Shown: positions 48,242-57,420, counted from the first letter of the stretch. The stretch: 64,000 nt of DNA from a virus (IMGVR_UViG_3300049792_000048:96001-160000); one strand, 5' to 3'. The notes: generated by a model not told the origin, from the sequence alone. Numbers and translations are program-made.

Positions 48242-49183
48242 ATGAAGAAGAACAAGAACGAGACAGGCCGCAGCGTCCACCGAAGCATCCGAACTCTCGA
48301 AGAGGCGGTGGAGATGCACATCGCCGACCTCGAAGGGCAACTCGAAGCTCAACGCAAGGCTGAGGAACGCAAGGATGTGCGTGGTTCTTGGCGCAGCATC
48401 AAGAATGTTTGGGAACCGCTTCGTAAGCTCCGTGCCGCATTCGAGGCGCACGCGGGTCGTCCTGCGGAGGTCCCACGTAAGGAGTACGAGAGAAAGACAA
48501 CGGTTGGCGCAGATAGAAACAACGAGATCGAAGAGCGGCACGAGAGCTTCGGGCTCGTGAACATTTCGCGCATCCAGGGCTACTCGAAGCTCTGGGGTTC
48601 TTCGGTTCGTCATCAACACTACTTCCGCCTCCAGATCTTGCGTGGCAAACGTGTGGTGACGGGAACGATGGAGCACTTCTGGGACGATGGTCGGGTTCCG
48701 GTCGTGGAGGTCTCATTGTCTGCGGCGCAGTTCGTTGAGATGATCACGTCCCAGAACATCGGCTCCGGAGTCCCGTGCACCATCAACTACGTCGAGGGCG
48801 TCCCGATGGATGAAGTTCCCGAAGGCGCAGGCAGCGAGCTCAAGGTCATGGTCGAGATGTTCGAGGACCGGATGGTCGAAGCCGTAGACGCGGTGCGAAA
48901 GACCGACGACGAGATCAGCGAGCTCCTCAGCAAGAAGAGCTTCACGATCGCGGACAAGGACGCGATCAAGGCTGCCATCCACAAGGCGAGGCGCCTCATC
49001 GACGACAGCGCTCCGTACATTCTGAAGACCTTCGGAGAGCACACCGAGAAGATGGTGGCGAAGGGCAAGACGGAGATCGAGTCGTTCATCCAGCTCGCCG
49101 TTCAGAAGGCGGGCATCAAGGCGATCAAGGACAGTGGGGGCACCCTACTGCTGGGTGCGGGCGATGAAGACAGCACGGACTGA
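48242..49183 (+). CDS. Hypothetical phage protein
   Basis: 313-aa ORF; HESFG...LSAAQFVEMITSQNIGSGVPCTI. Confidence 0.65.
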   Translation: MKKNKNETGRSVHRSIRTLEEAVEMHIADLEGQLEAQRKAEERKDVRGSWRSIKNVWEPLRKLRAAFEAHAGRPAEVPRKEYERKTTVGADRNNEIEERHESFGLVNISRIQGYSKLWGSSVRHQHYFRLQILRGKRVVTGTMEHFWDDGRVPVVEVSLSAAQFVEMITSQNIGSGVPCTINYVEGVPMDEVPEGAGSELKVMVEMFEDRMVEAVDAVRKTDDEISELLSKKSFTIADKDAIKAAIHKARRLIDDSAPYILKTFGEHTEKMVAKGKTEIESFIQLAVQKAGIKAIKDSGGTLLLGAGDEDSTD

Positions 49184-50201
49184 GGTCGAGCTCCACGGCG
49201 TAGTTCGTGATGTTCTGCGATTCCGCGGCAGTGCCGAGGGCATGGGTGTCATCACCCTCATGGACAAGGATGGCACCAGACAGAAGGCCGTTGGCGTCTG
49301 TGAGGGCATCAGCCCTGGAGACTACGTGGAGGTCTCGGGGTATGAACAAGAACATCCCACGTATGGCATGCAGATCCGTGCACAGCGGGTCGTTACGTCG
49401 TTCCCCACGACGAAGAAGACCTTCCTCGAATGGATTCAGCGCCACTTCCAGGCCCCCTGGAAGAATGCGAATGCGCTGGTCGAGGACTGGTATGAAAACT
49501 TCGGCACGCTCGGTCAGTCTCCGAAAGGAGGCGGCTCTTTGGTGCCTCTCACGGGCCCAGGTGACTTCGAGCTGATTCGACTGTGGAACATGGTCGTGTC
49601 TGATCAGACGGGCGCTCAGGTGGTGTTCGCCAAGCACGGGCTGAGTGCAGAGTTCATCGACATCAAGATGTTCGTCCAGCGTAAGAACACGGTGGACGGT
49701 CTGATGAAGATGGGCCTCGATACCAAAGAGGCACACGCCCTTTTCATGGCCCGCGGGAACCGTGCTCTGGAGGAGCTCCGTACCGACCCGTACGTCGTGT
49801 ACTACTACTTGGAGAACGTCCCCTTCGCGAAGATCGACAAGGTCTACTTGGGGCAGCCCGAGAACAAGAAGGTGGACGATCGACGGGTCAAGGCGGTCTG
49901 CCTGCACGAGCTCCGTTCGTGCACGGACGAGGGGCACACGGCGATGTACTACTCCGACTTCATCGACTTGGTGGAGGAGACGTACCCGGAGTTCTCGGTG
50001 ACGAGGCTGATGAGCAACTTCGATGCTCTCATCCCCGAGTTCGTCACTCTCTACGGCTCACCAACGATGGTGCAGCTTACCCCCTACGCACGCTATGAAG
50101 CGGGCATCGCGGAGTTCGTGGTGACTGGTCGCGTGCAGACGCTGCCTCCCGAGCTCGAAGATACGGAGATTGAGAATGACGGAACAGCAGACGGAGCATG
50201 A
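49164..50201 (+). CDS. RecD2-like helicase, N-terminal half (OB fold plus helical region)
   Basis: GDYVEVSG...HPTYGMQ; DPY...FAKIDK...DRRVKA...EGHTAM. Confidence 0.7.
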   Translation: MKTARTEVELHGVVRDVLRFRGSAEGMGVITLMDKDGTRQKAVGVCEGISPGDYVEVSGYEQEHPTYGMQIRAQRVVTSFPTTKKTFLEWIQRHFQAPWKNANALVEDWYENFGTLGQSPKGGGSLVPLTGPGDFELIRLWNMVVSDQTGAQVVFAKHGLSAEFIDIKMFVQRKNTVDGLMKMGLDTKEAHALFMARGNRALEELRTDPYVVYYYLENVPFAKIDKVYLGQPENKKVDDRRVKAVCLHELRSCTDEGHTAMYYSDFIDLVEETYPEFSVTRLMSNFDALIPEFVTLYGSPTMVQLTPYARYEAGIAEFVVTGRVQTLPPELEDTEIENDGTADGA

Positions 50202-51408
50202 TGCAGATCAGGAGCGAGCAATCGACCTGATCTGTTCGGACGAGCCGATCGGCATCATCACCGGAGGGCCCGGAACCGGAAAGACGACGACGCTGAAGAA
50301 GGCTCTTCGTGACGTCCGCCTGATGAGCAAGAACGTCGTGTTGGTCGCCCCGACCGGCAAGGCGGCGAAGAGGATGACGGAGGTTGTGGGCATGGATGCG
50401 TCCACGATCCACCGCCTCACCGGCTTCAACGGAGAGCAGTACGGCACCGACCAACTGCCGCACGACCTCTACATCGCGGACGAGGCCTCGATGGTGGATG
50501 CGCAGATGCTCTACCACCTCCTGGTCGTCATGAAGAAGGGGGCACGGCTTCGTCTCATCGGAGATGCTGACCAGCTCCCCAGTGTCGGGGCTGGCAGCGT
50601 CCTTCGGGACCTGCTGGATACCAATAGCGTTCCGGTGGTTCGGCTGAAGACACTGCATCGCAGTGCCGCGGAGTCGTGGATCTGCTCGAACGCCCCGAAG
50701 ATTCTCGCCGGCGAGATGTTCGACACAACCAAGCGGGATGACTTCGAGGCCTTCGAGATGGACTCGTCGTACGACGTCATCGATCTCGCAAAGCAGTTGA
50801 TGGTTCATCACAAGATCAACTTCTTCCTGGGCCGCTTCCAGCTTTTGACTCCGATGAACGTCGGGGATCTCGGCACGGAAGTGTTGAACCACGAGATCGC
50901 ATCCGAGCTGAATCCGAATCGGCTTGAGGGTGACCACATCGAGCTCGCTGTTCCCCGTGCCTCGATGCAGCAGTTCGCGGGTGTTGGTGACAAAGTCATC
51001 CACGTCCAGAACAACTACATCCTGAACGTCTTCAACGGCGAGCTTGGAGTCATCGATCGAATCGCGGAAGGGAAGGTCTTCGTGAAGTACCCTGGCCGCT
51101 TCGTGGAGTACCCGCAGCTCGTTGCGATGCACCAGCTTCGTCTTGCGTACGCTCTGACCGTGCACAAGGCGCAGGGCTCAGAGTGGGAGAGCATTGGTGT
51201 GATTTGTCACGGCATGCACATTCGGATGTGGTCTCGCCAGCTCCTCTACACCGCGGTCACGCGAGCTAAGCGTGGAGTCACCCTCATCGGCAACGAAGAG
51301 GGCATTGGCATCGCGCTCGCACAGAACAAGCCCCGGGAGCGTTTCACGACTCTCCCCAACAGGATCGTCGACATGAAGAAGGAGGCGGGGAGACGTGTTG
51401 GCACTTGA
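50176..51408 (+). CDS. RecD2-like SF1B helicase, C-terminal motor half
   Basis: ITGGPGTGKTT, APTGKAAKR, DEASMVD, IGDADQLPSVGAG, AYALTVHKAQGSE, LLYTAVTRAK. Confidence 0.92.
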   Translation: MTEQQTEHDADQERAIDLICSDEPIGIITGGPGTGKTTTLKKALRDVRLMSKNVVLVAPTGKAAKRMTEVVGMDASTIHRLTGFNGEQYGTDQLPHDLYIADEASMVDAQMLYHLLVVMKKGARLRLIGDADQLPSVGAGSVLRDLLDTNSVPVVRLKTLHRSAAESWICSNAPKILAGEMFDTTKRDDFEAFEMDSSYDVIDLAKQLMVHHKINFFLGRFQLLTPMNVGDLGTEVLNHEIASELNPNRLEGDHIELAVPRASMQQFAGVGDKVIHVQNNYILNVFNGELGVIDRIAEGKVFVKYPGRFVEYPQLVAMHQLRLAYALTVHKAQGSEWESIGVICHGMHIRMWSRQLLYTAVTRAKRGVTLIGNEEGIGIALAQNKPRERFTTLPNRIVDMKKEAGRRVGT

Positions 51409-52138
51409 TCTTGCGGGGCAAAGATTCGGCAATCTGACAGCCCTTCGTCGCCTGCCTAACAAAGGGCGCCATGTCATGTGGCTATGCTCATGTGTGTGTG
51501 GGAAAGAAAAAGAGATCGATGCTACTCGTCTTCGGAGGGCGAAGAGTTGTGGGTGTAGAGCTGGGTGGATCTCTACCCTGATCAAAGACTTGACAGGGCA
51601 TCAGTACGGACGGTGGGTCGTGGTGTCTCTCGTGCAGGATGGCTCAAAGGGATCCGCAAAGTGGATCTGCAAGTGCGCCTGTGGCACGGAGCGGGTCCTT
51701 GTCTCTGCATCATTGACTAGTGGTAACAGTAAAAGTTGTGGATGCGCTGCTCGTACGGGAACTGGCTCAAGACCTTCAGCTTCAAGCGCACAACGCCTTG
51801 CATTGGGCGTCGCCGCAAAGAACATACTTCTTCGGCGGTACAAGCAGGCGGCGGCCTTGCGAGGGATTCCCTGGTTACTAACGGAAGCGCGCTTCTTCGC
51901 TCTGACGCAAAAGCCTTGTGAGTATTGTGGAGTGCCTCCTCAGCAAGAACAACGCGGTGGTGTTCATAGCGGGAAGTTTCTCTACAACGGGATCGACCGG
52001 CGGTACAACACCCAAAGCTACACTACGAAGAACTGTGTTCCGTGTTGTCGTGTCTGCAATCACGCCAAGAAAGACATGGCGTACGAGGTCTTCTTGGCGT
52101 GGGTGGGTAGGGTTGCTCGGCATCAGGGCTACCGATGA
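51395..52138 (+). CDS. HNH-like endonuclease with duplicated Cys-rich N-terminal domains
   Basis: Two DL.G..(F/Y)G...WxCxCxCG...KSCGC units; CEYCG...NGIDRRYN..YTTKNCVPCCRVCN. Confidence 0.8.
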   Translation: MLALDLAGQRFGNLTALRRLPNKGRHVMWLCSCVCGKEKEIDATRLRRAKSCGCRAGWISTLIKDLTGHQYGRWVVVSLVQDGSKGSAKWICKCACGTERVLVSASLTSGNSKSCGCAARTGTGSRPSASSAQRLALGVAAKNILLRRYKQAAALRGIPWLLTEARFFALTQKPCEYCGVPPQQEQRGGVHSGKFLYNGIDRRYNTQSYTTKNCVPCCRVCNHAKKDMAYEVFLAWVGRVARHQGYR

Positions 52139-52608
52139 AGAGCCACGGGCATCGAGCACGGGGTCGCTCATCACCCACATACTGCTCTTGGTTGTGTATG
52201 ACTCAGCGCTGCACAAATCCACGTAATAAGAGTTACTCAGACTACGGTGGTCGTGGGATCCGCATCTACTTCGACTGGGTGGGGCCGGGCGGCTTCGCGT
52301 CGTTCTTGAACGACGTCGGCAAGCGACCCTCGAAGAAGTACTCGCTCGACCGCATCGACCCGGACAAGGGGTACGAACCAGACAACTGTCGCTGGGCGAC
52401 GAAGTCGGTTCAGAACTCAAACAAGTCCGGATTCATCTATGAGCTAGATGGAAAACGCTTCACCATCTATGAGAAAGCTGAGGAGCTGGGGCTACACGAC
52501 GGCGCTCTGCGTCGCAGGATCTCCAGGTTGATGCGGACGAAGCGCTACACGTTGGAAGAGGCGAGGCGCATCGCCTTCACTACACCGAACCGAAGGAAAC
52601 GAACATGA
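52135..52608 (+). CDS. HNH-like endonuclease
   Basis: YSDYGGRGI, YSLDRIDPDKGYEPDNCRWAT. Confidence 0.8.
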   Translation: MKSHGHRARGRSSPTYCSWLCMTQRCTNPRNKSYSDYGGRGIRIYFDWVGPGGFASFLNDVGKRPSKKYSLDRIDPDKGYEPDNCRWATKSVQNSNKSGFIYELDGKRFTIYEKAEELGLHDGALRRRISRLMRTKRYTLEEARRIAFTTPNRRKRT

Positions 52609-52739
52609 AGCACAAGTGTATGTTCTGCACGTGGCCGTGCGAGATCACGCTCGCGTTGTCGAGTGAAGGCTGCACGCCCTCCGAAGCGGAGATGGCGATG
52701 TTCTCGGCGCTGCGCACTCCCTGGACCAAGGAAGAGTGA
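52605..52739 (+). CDS. Small Cys-containing protein (44 aa)
   Basis: ATGA coupling, AAGGA RBS; fills operon gap. Confidence 0.45.
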   Translation: MKHKCMFCTWPCEITLALSSEGCTPSEAEMAMFSALRTPWTKEE

Positions 52740-52741
52740 AC

Positions 52742-53320
52742 ATGAACAGGATCTTCGAGGCCGCGAAGTTCGCGGCAAGTCGCCATGCATCACAGCCCGG
52801 ACGTGGGCCGAAGAACGAGCCCTACGTCACGCACTGCTTCGACGTCGCCCAACGCCTTGTGGCTGCGGGTGTCGACGACCACTTCACCCTCATCGGAGCA
52901 ATCCTCCACGACACCATGGAGGACACGCCCACGACCTACGATGAGCTCAAGGAGAAGTTCGGGTACTCCGCCGACCTCGTCCGAGACCTGACACTTCCTC
53001 TCGATTGCCGGGATGGCAATCCTGTGAAGAAGACGGCACACCAGACCTTGATGATGAGCAAGATGGACATCGGTGGGGTCTTCATCAAGATCGCGGACAA
53101 GACCTCGAACGTGAACGACCTGGTCGACAACGCCCCGAAGTGGGGTCTGCGTGCCATCCGTGGCTACGCCGATTCGGCAGAGGGGGTGGTGCATGCGGGC
53201 AAGGCGGTACGTGAACGCCTTCTTCTCACCGACGACCAGGAGCGTTGCTTGAGCACTCTCATCATCCGCTTCTACGAGACCTACCAGAAGGCGCAGAAGC
53301 ACTACGGGTGGACGCAGTGA
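52742..53320 (+). CDS. HD-domain hydrolase, SpoT/Mesh1-like small alarmone hydrolase
   Basis: H..Q.....EPYVTH, AILHDTMEDT, IKIADKTSN. Confidence 0.85.
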   Translation: MNRIFEAAKFAASRHASQPGRGPKNEPYVTHCFDVAQRLVAAGVDDHFTLIGAILHDTMEDTPTTYDELKEKFGYSADLVRDLTLPLDCRDGNPVKKTAHQTLMMSKMDIGGVFIKIADKTSNVNDLVDNAPKWGLRAIRGYADSAEGVVHAGKAVRERLLLTDDQERCLSTLIIRFYETYQKAQKHYGWTQ

Positions 53321-53751
53321 CTCGGGGTGAGAAGCTCTTGGAGAAGCTCTCCAAGGACATCGCTCCGAATCCGAACGTCCTGACGAAGGACTCGGCGCTG
53401 CACGACCTCCTCTCGCTCGTCACGGAGGAGTACATCATCGACGAGCTCATCCCTGATCTGACACCAGAGGAGCGCTACGCCATCGCGCACTGGGCGTCGG
53501 TTGCTCATCTCGCAGCGGCTGAAGAGGACCCTCCTCTGCCCATGCCGAAGGAGCCGGAGGTGGCGGCGAAGATCCTGCTGAAGGTTGGACGTCACGTCAT
53601 CGTTGACGGATTCGGCGCGGGGATCGTCGAGTCGTATGAGTATCCTTCGAATGAAGCCCATCAAGGACTTCAGCCCAAGAGGCCGAAGGTGAAGCTGGAC
53701 AGCGGAGGATACATGTACCCAATCCTGGAGGAGCTCATCGGTGTCGAGTAA
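53317..53751 (+). CDS. Hypothetical protein
   Basis: GTGA-coupled ORF. Confidence 0.55.
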   Translation: MTRGEKLLEKLSKDIAPNPNVLTKDSALHDLLSLVTEEYIIDELIPDLTPEERYAIAHWASVAHLAAAEEDPPLPMPKEPEVAAKILLKVGRHVIVDGFGAGIVESYEYPSNEAHQGLQPKRPKVKLDSGGYMYPILEELIGVE

Positions 53752-54019
53752 CACCAAGTACCCGGAGTGCGAGAAGCTTCGGACGTCGAGGGACGACCTG
53801 CTGAAGCTACGGCAGTTCACGGAGTGGCTCGGAGAGAATGGCATCACGCTGTGCTCTCACGGGCCCACGCACTACGCCTCGAAGGGCGGTGAGTACTACC
53901 AGATCACGGAGAACATCGAGACCGTCATCTTCAGGTTCCTTGGGGTCGATGCGAAGAAACTCGAAGACGAACGTCGGGCAATGCTCGAAGAAGCACAGGA
54001 GAAAGCAAATGCTCCGTAA
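53741..54019 (+). CDS. Hypothetical protein
   Basis: GGAGG RBS; 92 aa. Confidence 0.6.
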   Translation: MSSNTKYPECEKLRTSRDDLLKLRQFTEWLGENGITLCSHGPTHYASKGGEYYQITENIETVIFRFLGVDAKKLEDERRAMLEEAQEKANAP

Positions 54020-54212
54020 GAAGATGTTGGAGCTCGCTCTCCGTGCGGTTCGGTCGACGCGTACTCAGTTGGCGGAGGTGGATCACAGCCTCAGTCAGCT
54101 CTCCTTCTGGCTGAAGGCACATGAGACTCTCCTGGCGATGGAGGAGCTCAACCAGCGGATGCGCAAGCACTGCACGGTCGATGACTCCCACGGGCAGGAA
54201 GCGGTTGGGTGA
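54009..54212 (+). CDS. Hypothetical protein
   Basis: AGGAG RBS; ends at terminator. Confidence 0.5.
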   Translation: MLRKKMLELALRAVRSTRTQLAEVDHSLSQLSFWLKAHETLLAMEELNQRMRKHCTVDDSHGQEAVG

Positions 54213-54239
54213 GAGGGGGCCTTCGGGCCCTCTCTTTTT
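54212..54239 (+). terminator. Intrinsic terminator
   Basis: AGAGGGGGCC-TTCG-GGCCCTCTCT-TTTT. Confidence 0.8.
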
Positions 54240-54254
54240 GCTATTTTTGCCCCG

Positions 54255-54280
54255 AAATCGCCTATAAATAAGGTAAAGGG
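54255..54280 (+). promoter_or_regulatory. Recurrent phage promoter-like motif
   Basis: AAATCGCCTATAAATAAGGTAAAGGG. Confidence 0.55.
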
Positions 54281-54287
54281 GTACAAC

Positions 54288-54407
54288 ATGATCATCATCG
54301 TGTTCGGAGAGCTCATCGAAGCACTCCGCTTGGGCATCACCTACGGCCTCATCGTGTTCATGGTGGTAACCATGGGCTCGTGGTGGCTATCTAACAAAGA
54401 CGACTGA
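54288..54407 (+). CDS. 39-aa membrane peptide
   Basis: MIIIVFGELIEALRLGITYGLIVFMVVTMGSWWLSNKDD, between promoter motif and lipoprotein gene. Confidence 0.5.
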   Translation: MIIIVFGELIEALRLGITYGLIVFMVVTMGSWWLSNKDD

Positions 54408-54419
54408 AGGAGAACAAAC

Positions 54420-55646
54420 ATGAAGCTGAACATCGTGCTGATGATGGTTCTGGTCGTTGGCTGTGGAGAGGGCATGCCGGTTGTGTACACCGACAGCGGT
54501 GTGCTCCCCGGAGACGCCCAGCCCACGGCCGATGCTCAGGTGGAGGTTCCCGATGCGGGACAAGCGGATAGTGAAGTTGATGGCGGCCACGAAGTCCGAC
54601 CGGACTCGGGGGCTGACACCGGCGGGTCGCCGGATGCAGGAGTTGATGATGGCGGTGTGGACGCCTCCTCCGGAACTCCGGATAGCGGACCCTCGCCTTC
54701 AGACGCCGGAACTGACGCCGCAGTGGCGGTTAGGTCCGTGGTGGAACTCGGAGTGAACGGCAATACATCGTGTGTGCTTACCAGCACGAACGAGATGTGG
54801 TGCTGGGGCGGTGGTGCAGCGCTGCCGTCACACGTCGCTGATGCGGTCGCCCTCGAAGGCAACTGTGGCATCGGCCTTGACGGTCGTGTGCTGTGCTGGA
54901 CGGCTGCGGGTGGTGTTACGTACGCCGTCGGGGCAGCCCCTTATGGCTCGGATGTCTCGGTGCTGGGTGTGCAGACGTATGTCGGTCGTACGGATGGGTT
55001 GGTCCACCCGTTCAACCTGACGTCGCCTACGTACGCACCAGCCACAGCCATCGACAGCATGCCTGCGCTGAACTGCGCCATCGACATCGCCGGCGGCTTG
55101 CGCTGCTGGGACCGTGTTGGTACCTACAGGAACTTCTGGACGGCGGTAGATGGTACTGCGACCTACGACGCAACGGACGTCGCACGGACCGGCACCTTCA
55201 ACTCGAACGACTTCGTGGCGTGCTTCACCTGGACGGGCACCATGCCGAGCTCGGGTAGCACCACGATCTCTGGTCCCTCGGTCTCGTGCTCGAATGCGGT
55301 GGCGTCCATCCTGACGACGTCATGGACGGGTGCAACTGAGGTCGACATCGATGGTGGACGTACGTGCGTCCTCCTCCCCACATCGACCTCCGGTCATCCC
55401 GCGGGCATCTACTGCTCATCCTCTACGCCGTCGACCTTCACGGGTCCGGCGACGTTCAATGCACTGCCGGCGGCTGATGTCGTGGGCGCCTACACCAACA
55501 TTGTTGGTAGCAGCCTCCAGCTTGGAATCAACCATGCCTGTCTCGTACAGGCGGGCGTTGTGATGTGCTGGGGTGACAACTCGCAGGGTCAGCTCGGCAA
55601 CGGGACGACCACTTCAACATCGACTCCCACGCCCATGGTGTGGTGA
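54420..55646 (+). CDS. Lipoprotein with Asp/Gly-rich linker and RCC1/BLIP-II-like repeats
   Basis: Signal peptide plus VVGC lipobox; DAG/DSG/DGG repeats; WCWG and HAC...MCWGDNSQGQLGNGTT. Confidence 0.8.
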   Translation: MKLNIVLMMVLVVGCGEGMPVVYTDSGVLPGDAQPTADAQVEVPDAGQADSEVDGGHEVRPDSGADTGGSPDAGVDDGGVDASSGTPDSGPSPSDAGTDAAVAVRSVVELGVNGNTSCVLTSTNEMWCWGGGAALPSHVADAVALEGNCGIGLDGRVLCWTAAGGVTYAVGAAPYGSDVSVLGVQTYVGRTDGLVHPFNLTSPTYAPATAIDSMPALNCAIDIAGGLRCWDRVGTYRNFWTAVDGTATYDATDVARTGTFNSNDFVACFTWTGTMPSSGSTTISGPSVSCSNAVASILTTSWTGATEVDIDGGRTCVLLPTSTSGHPAGIYCSSSTPSTFTGPATFNALPAADVVGAYTNIVGSSLQLGINHACLVQAGVVMCWGDNSQGQLGNGTTTSTSTPTPMVW

Positions 55647-55652
55647 GCAGCA

Positions 55653-55679
55653 CGGGGCCCTTCGGGGTCCCTTGCTTTT
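55653..55679 (+). terminator. Intrinsic terminator
   Basis: GGGGCCC-TTCG-GGGTCCC-TTGCTTTT. Confidence 0.7.
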
Positions 55680-55701
55680 GCCCTATCAACAAGATGAAGG
55701 A
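55677..55701 (+). promoter_or_regulatory. Recurrent phage promoter-like motif plus RBS
   Basis: TTTGCCCTATCAACAAGATGAAGGA. Confidence 0.6.
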
Positions 55702-55711
55702 CAGGTTTCAC

Positions 55712-56029
55712 ATGGATACGAACTTGCCGAACTACAAGAAGAACGACCCCAAGGGGTGGTGCGGCGATCCCAAACGAGGAGCAGCTCTGGGTCGCAGCTC
55801 GATTCACGATGTCGCTTCCGATTTCTCAGGTGACGTCTTCTTGAGTGAGTCAAAGATCGATGAGGAGGGTTACGACCAGCTCGGCACCTACTTCGGGGTT
55901 GGTCTTCCTCTCTACTGGGCTGCGACAGTCGATAGCAGCATCGACTTCATGCTCCGTGCGTTCAGCGTCGAGGATGCCGAGATGAAGGTGAAGAAGCGTT
56001 ACCCGAGCGCAAGGATTGTTCGGGCATGA
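55712..56029 (+). CDS. Hypothetical phage protein
   Basis: GAALGR...GYDQLGTYFGVGLPLYW. Confidence 0.65.
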   Translation: MDTNLPNYKKNDPKGWCGDPKRGAALGRSSIHDVASDFSGDVFLSESKIDEEGYDQLGTYFGVGLPLYWAATVDSSIDFMLRAFSVEDAEMKVKKRYPSARIVRA

Positions 56030-56226
56030 GTCCTGACTACACGACTGCTATCGAGCCTCTGCCTCCGCGCTGGGTGCGGAGAGGCCGAGAGTACTTCTTC
56101 ATCGTTCTCTTCTTCTGGTTTGGCGAGATCATCGTGTGGTTGCTGTCGTTACCACCTTCGCCGCCAGTTCCAGAGCTTCACATCGATCCGGAGACCCAAG
56201 CCTTACAGGAGATGGAATGCAGATGA
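56026..56226 (+). CDS. Small membrane protein
   Basis: ATGA coupling; one hydrophobic segment. Confidence 0.5.
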   Translation: MSPDYTTAIEPLPPRWVRRGREYFFIVLFFWFGEIIVWLLSLPPSPPVPELHIDPETQALQEMECR

Positions 56227-56585
56227 GGGAAGCAGTCGAGAAGGTCGTCAAGAAGCACTTCCTCGACCAGATGGATGAACGGATGATCAAGTTGCGCAAC
56301 TGCGCCAACTACGACTTGCACTTCGGTCCTCACAACGCTGAGTACTACCGGGACTCCGCAGAGCTGGAGGATTGGCCTGGGTATGTTACAGCCACCGATC
56401 AGCTCGAAGAGTGGGCTCAAGATAAGATGCAGACGGTGTGGGTGGACATCCAGACGATGGAGGTCTTCACAACGGAGCCCGAGGAAACTGAGTTCAGTGA
56501 CGAGGACATCTACAAGTTCGACCGTAGAGATCTCGGTAAGATCGTGTTCGGCAAGCTGGTCACGGATGGAGGAATGTCGGTATGA
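56223..56585 (+). CDS. Hypothetical acidic protein
   Basis: ATGA-coupled ORF. Confidence 0.55.
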   Translation: MREAVEKVVKKHFLDQMDERMIKLRNCANYDLHFGPHNAEYYRDSAELEDWPGYVTATDQLEEWAQDKMQTVWVDIQTMEVFTTEPEETEFSDEDIYKFDRRDLGKIVFGKLVTDGGMSV

Positions 56586-56992
56586 GGATCTGGAATAAGA
56601 AGATGAGGTTCCCGAAGCCCGAGGAGAACTTCACGTACACCGAGGAAGAGGCCGACGAGATCGAGCAGGCGAAGCTGCACATGCAGAACTGCACGGACGC
56701 GCGGCGTAGCGCCAATAGGGCGTGGAAGATGTGGCTCAACACCACCACGGTGATGCCTCTCCCTCCGATTCAGGTCGCCTCGAAGGTGGCACAGGTCAAG
56801 CATCTGCGTGCACAGACACGACGTCTCTTGCACGACTCGTACGTCCGCTACTACGACGCCGTTATCCCACACCGTCTGCGTTTGCAGCGGATCGGCAAGG
56901 TGGTGGGTGTCTATATCAAAGACCGACTCAGTGAAGAGTCCTTCGTGGAGAAGATTCTTCCAGTTGTGTCCGTGACGGAGACCTCCAAGTGA
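56582..56992 (+). CDS. Protein ending in a major-capsid-protein-like peptide
   Basis: C-terminal VGVYIKDRLSEESFVEKILPVVSVT vs capsid residues 26-50 VGGYIRDRLREASFLERVLPPQTVT. Confidence 0.65.
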   Translation: MRIWNKKMRFPKPEENFTYTEEEADEIEQAKLHMQNCTDARRSANRAWKMWLNTTTVMPLPPIQVASKVAQVKHLRAQTRRLLHDSYVRYYDAVIPHRLRLQRIGKVVGVYIKDRLSEESFVEKILPVVSVTETSK

Positions 56993-57420
56993 AGAACGGG
57001 ATCGTCACCAACGGTCGAACCACCACCTACTACGGTAACGCTGCAAATCGGGCGATGGCGCAGATGTCGTTGCAGTACGCAGCTTCACAGGAGGAGGTCG
57101 ACGAGAAGATCCTCAAGGCCGTGGGCGCTTACCAGTTGGCGCTGGTCGAGGTAGCTCCTTTGCTCAACTTCAAGGTCAGCAAGGAACTCCTGGCCCAAGT
57201 CGAGAAGAAGCAGGCCGAGTATGCGAAGGAGCAAGAGGACCTTCGCATCAACAATCTCAAGAAGAAGTTCCTCACCAAGCCAGTGAAGGTGGCGAAGCGA
57301 TTGCTCTCGAAGAACTGCGAGCTCTGTAAGCAGCCGATCGCTCCTCTTCAGGGCTACCGCGATCTCTCTTCAATCAAGGCGCACTCTGCGTGTGTCGACA
57401 ACCCGAGGACTGGAACATGA
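56989..57420 (+). CDS. Hypothetical protein with C-terminal Zn-binding motif
   Basis: CELC...HSAC; GTGA coupling. Confidence 0.55.
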   Translation: MKNGIVTNGRTTTYYGNAANRAMAQMSLQYAASQEEVDEKILKAVGAYQLALVEVAPLLNFKVSKELLAQVEKKQAEYAKEQEDLRINNLKKKFLTKPVKVAKRLLSKNCELCKQPIAPLQGYRDLSSIKAHSACVDNPRTGT

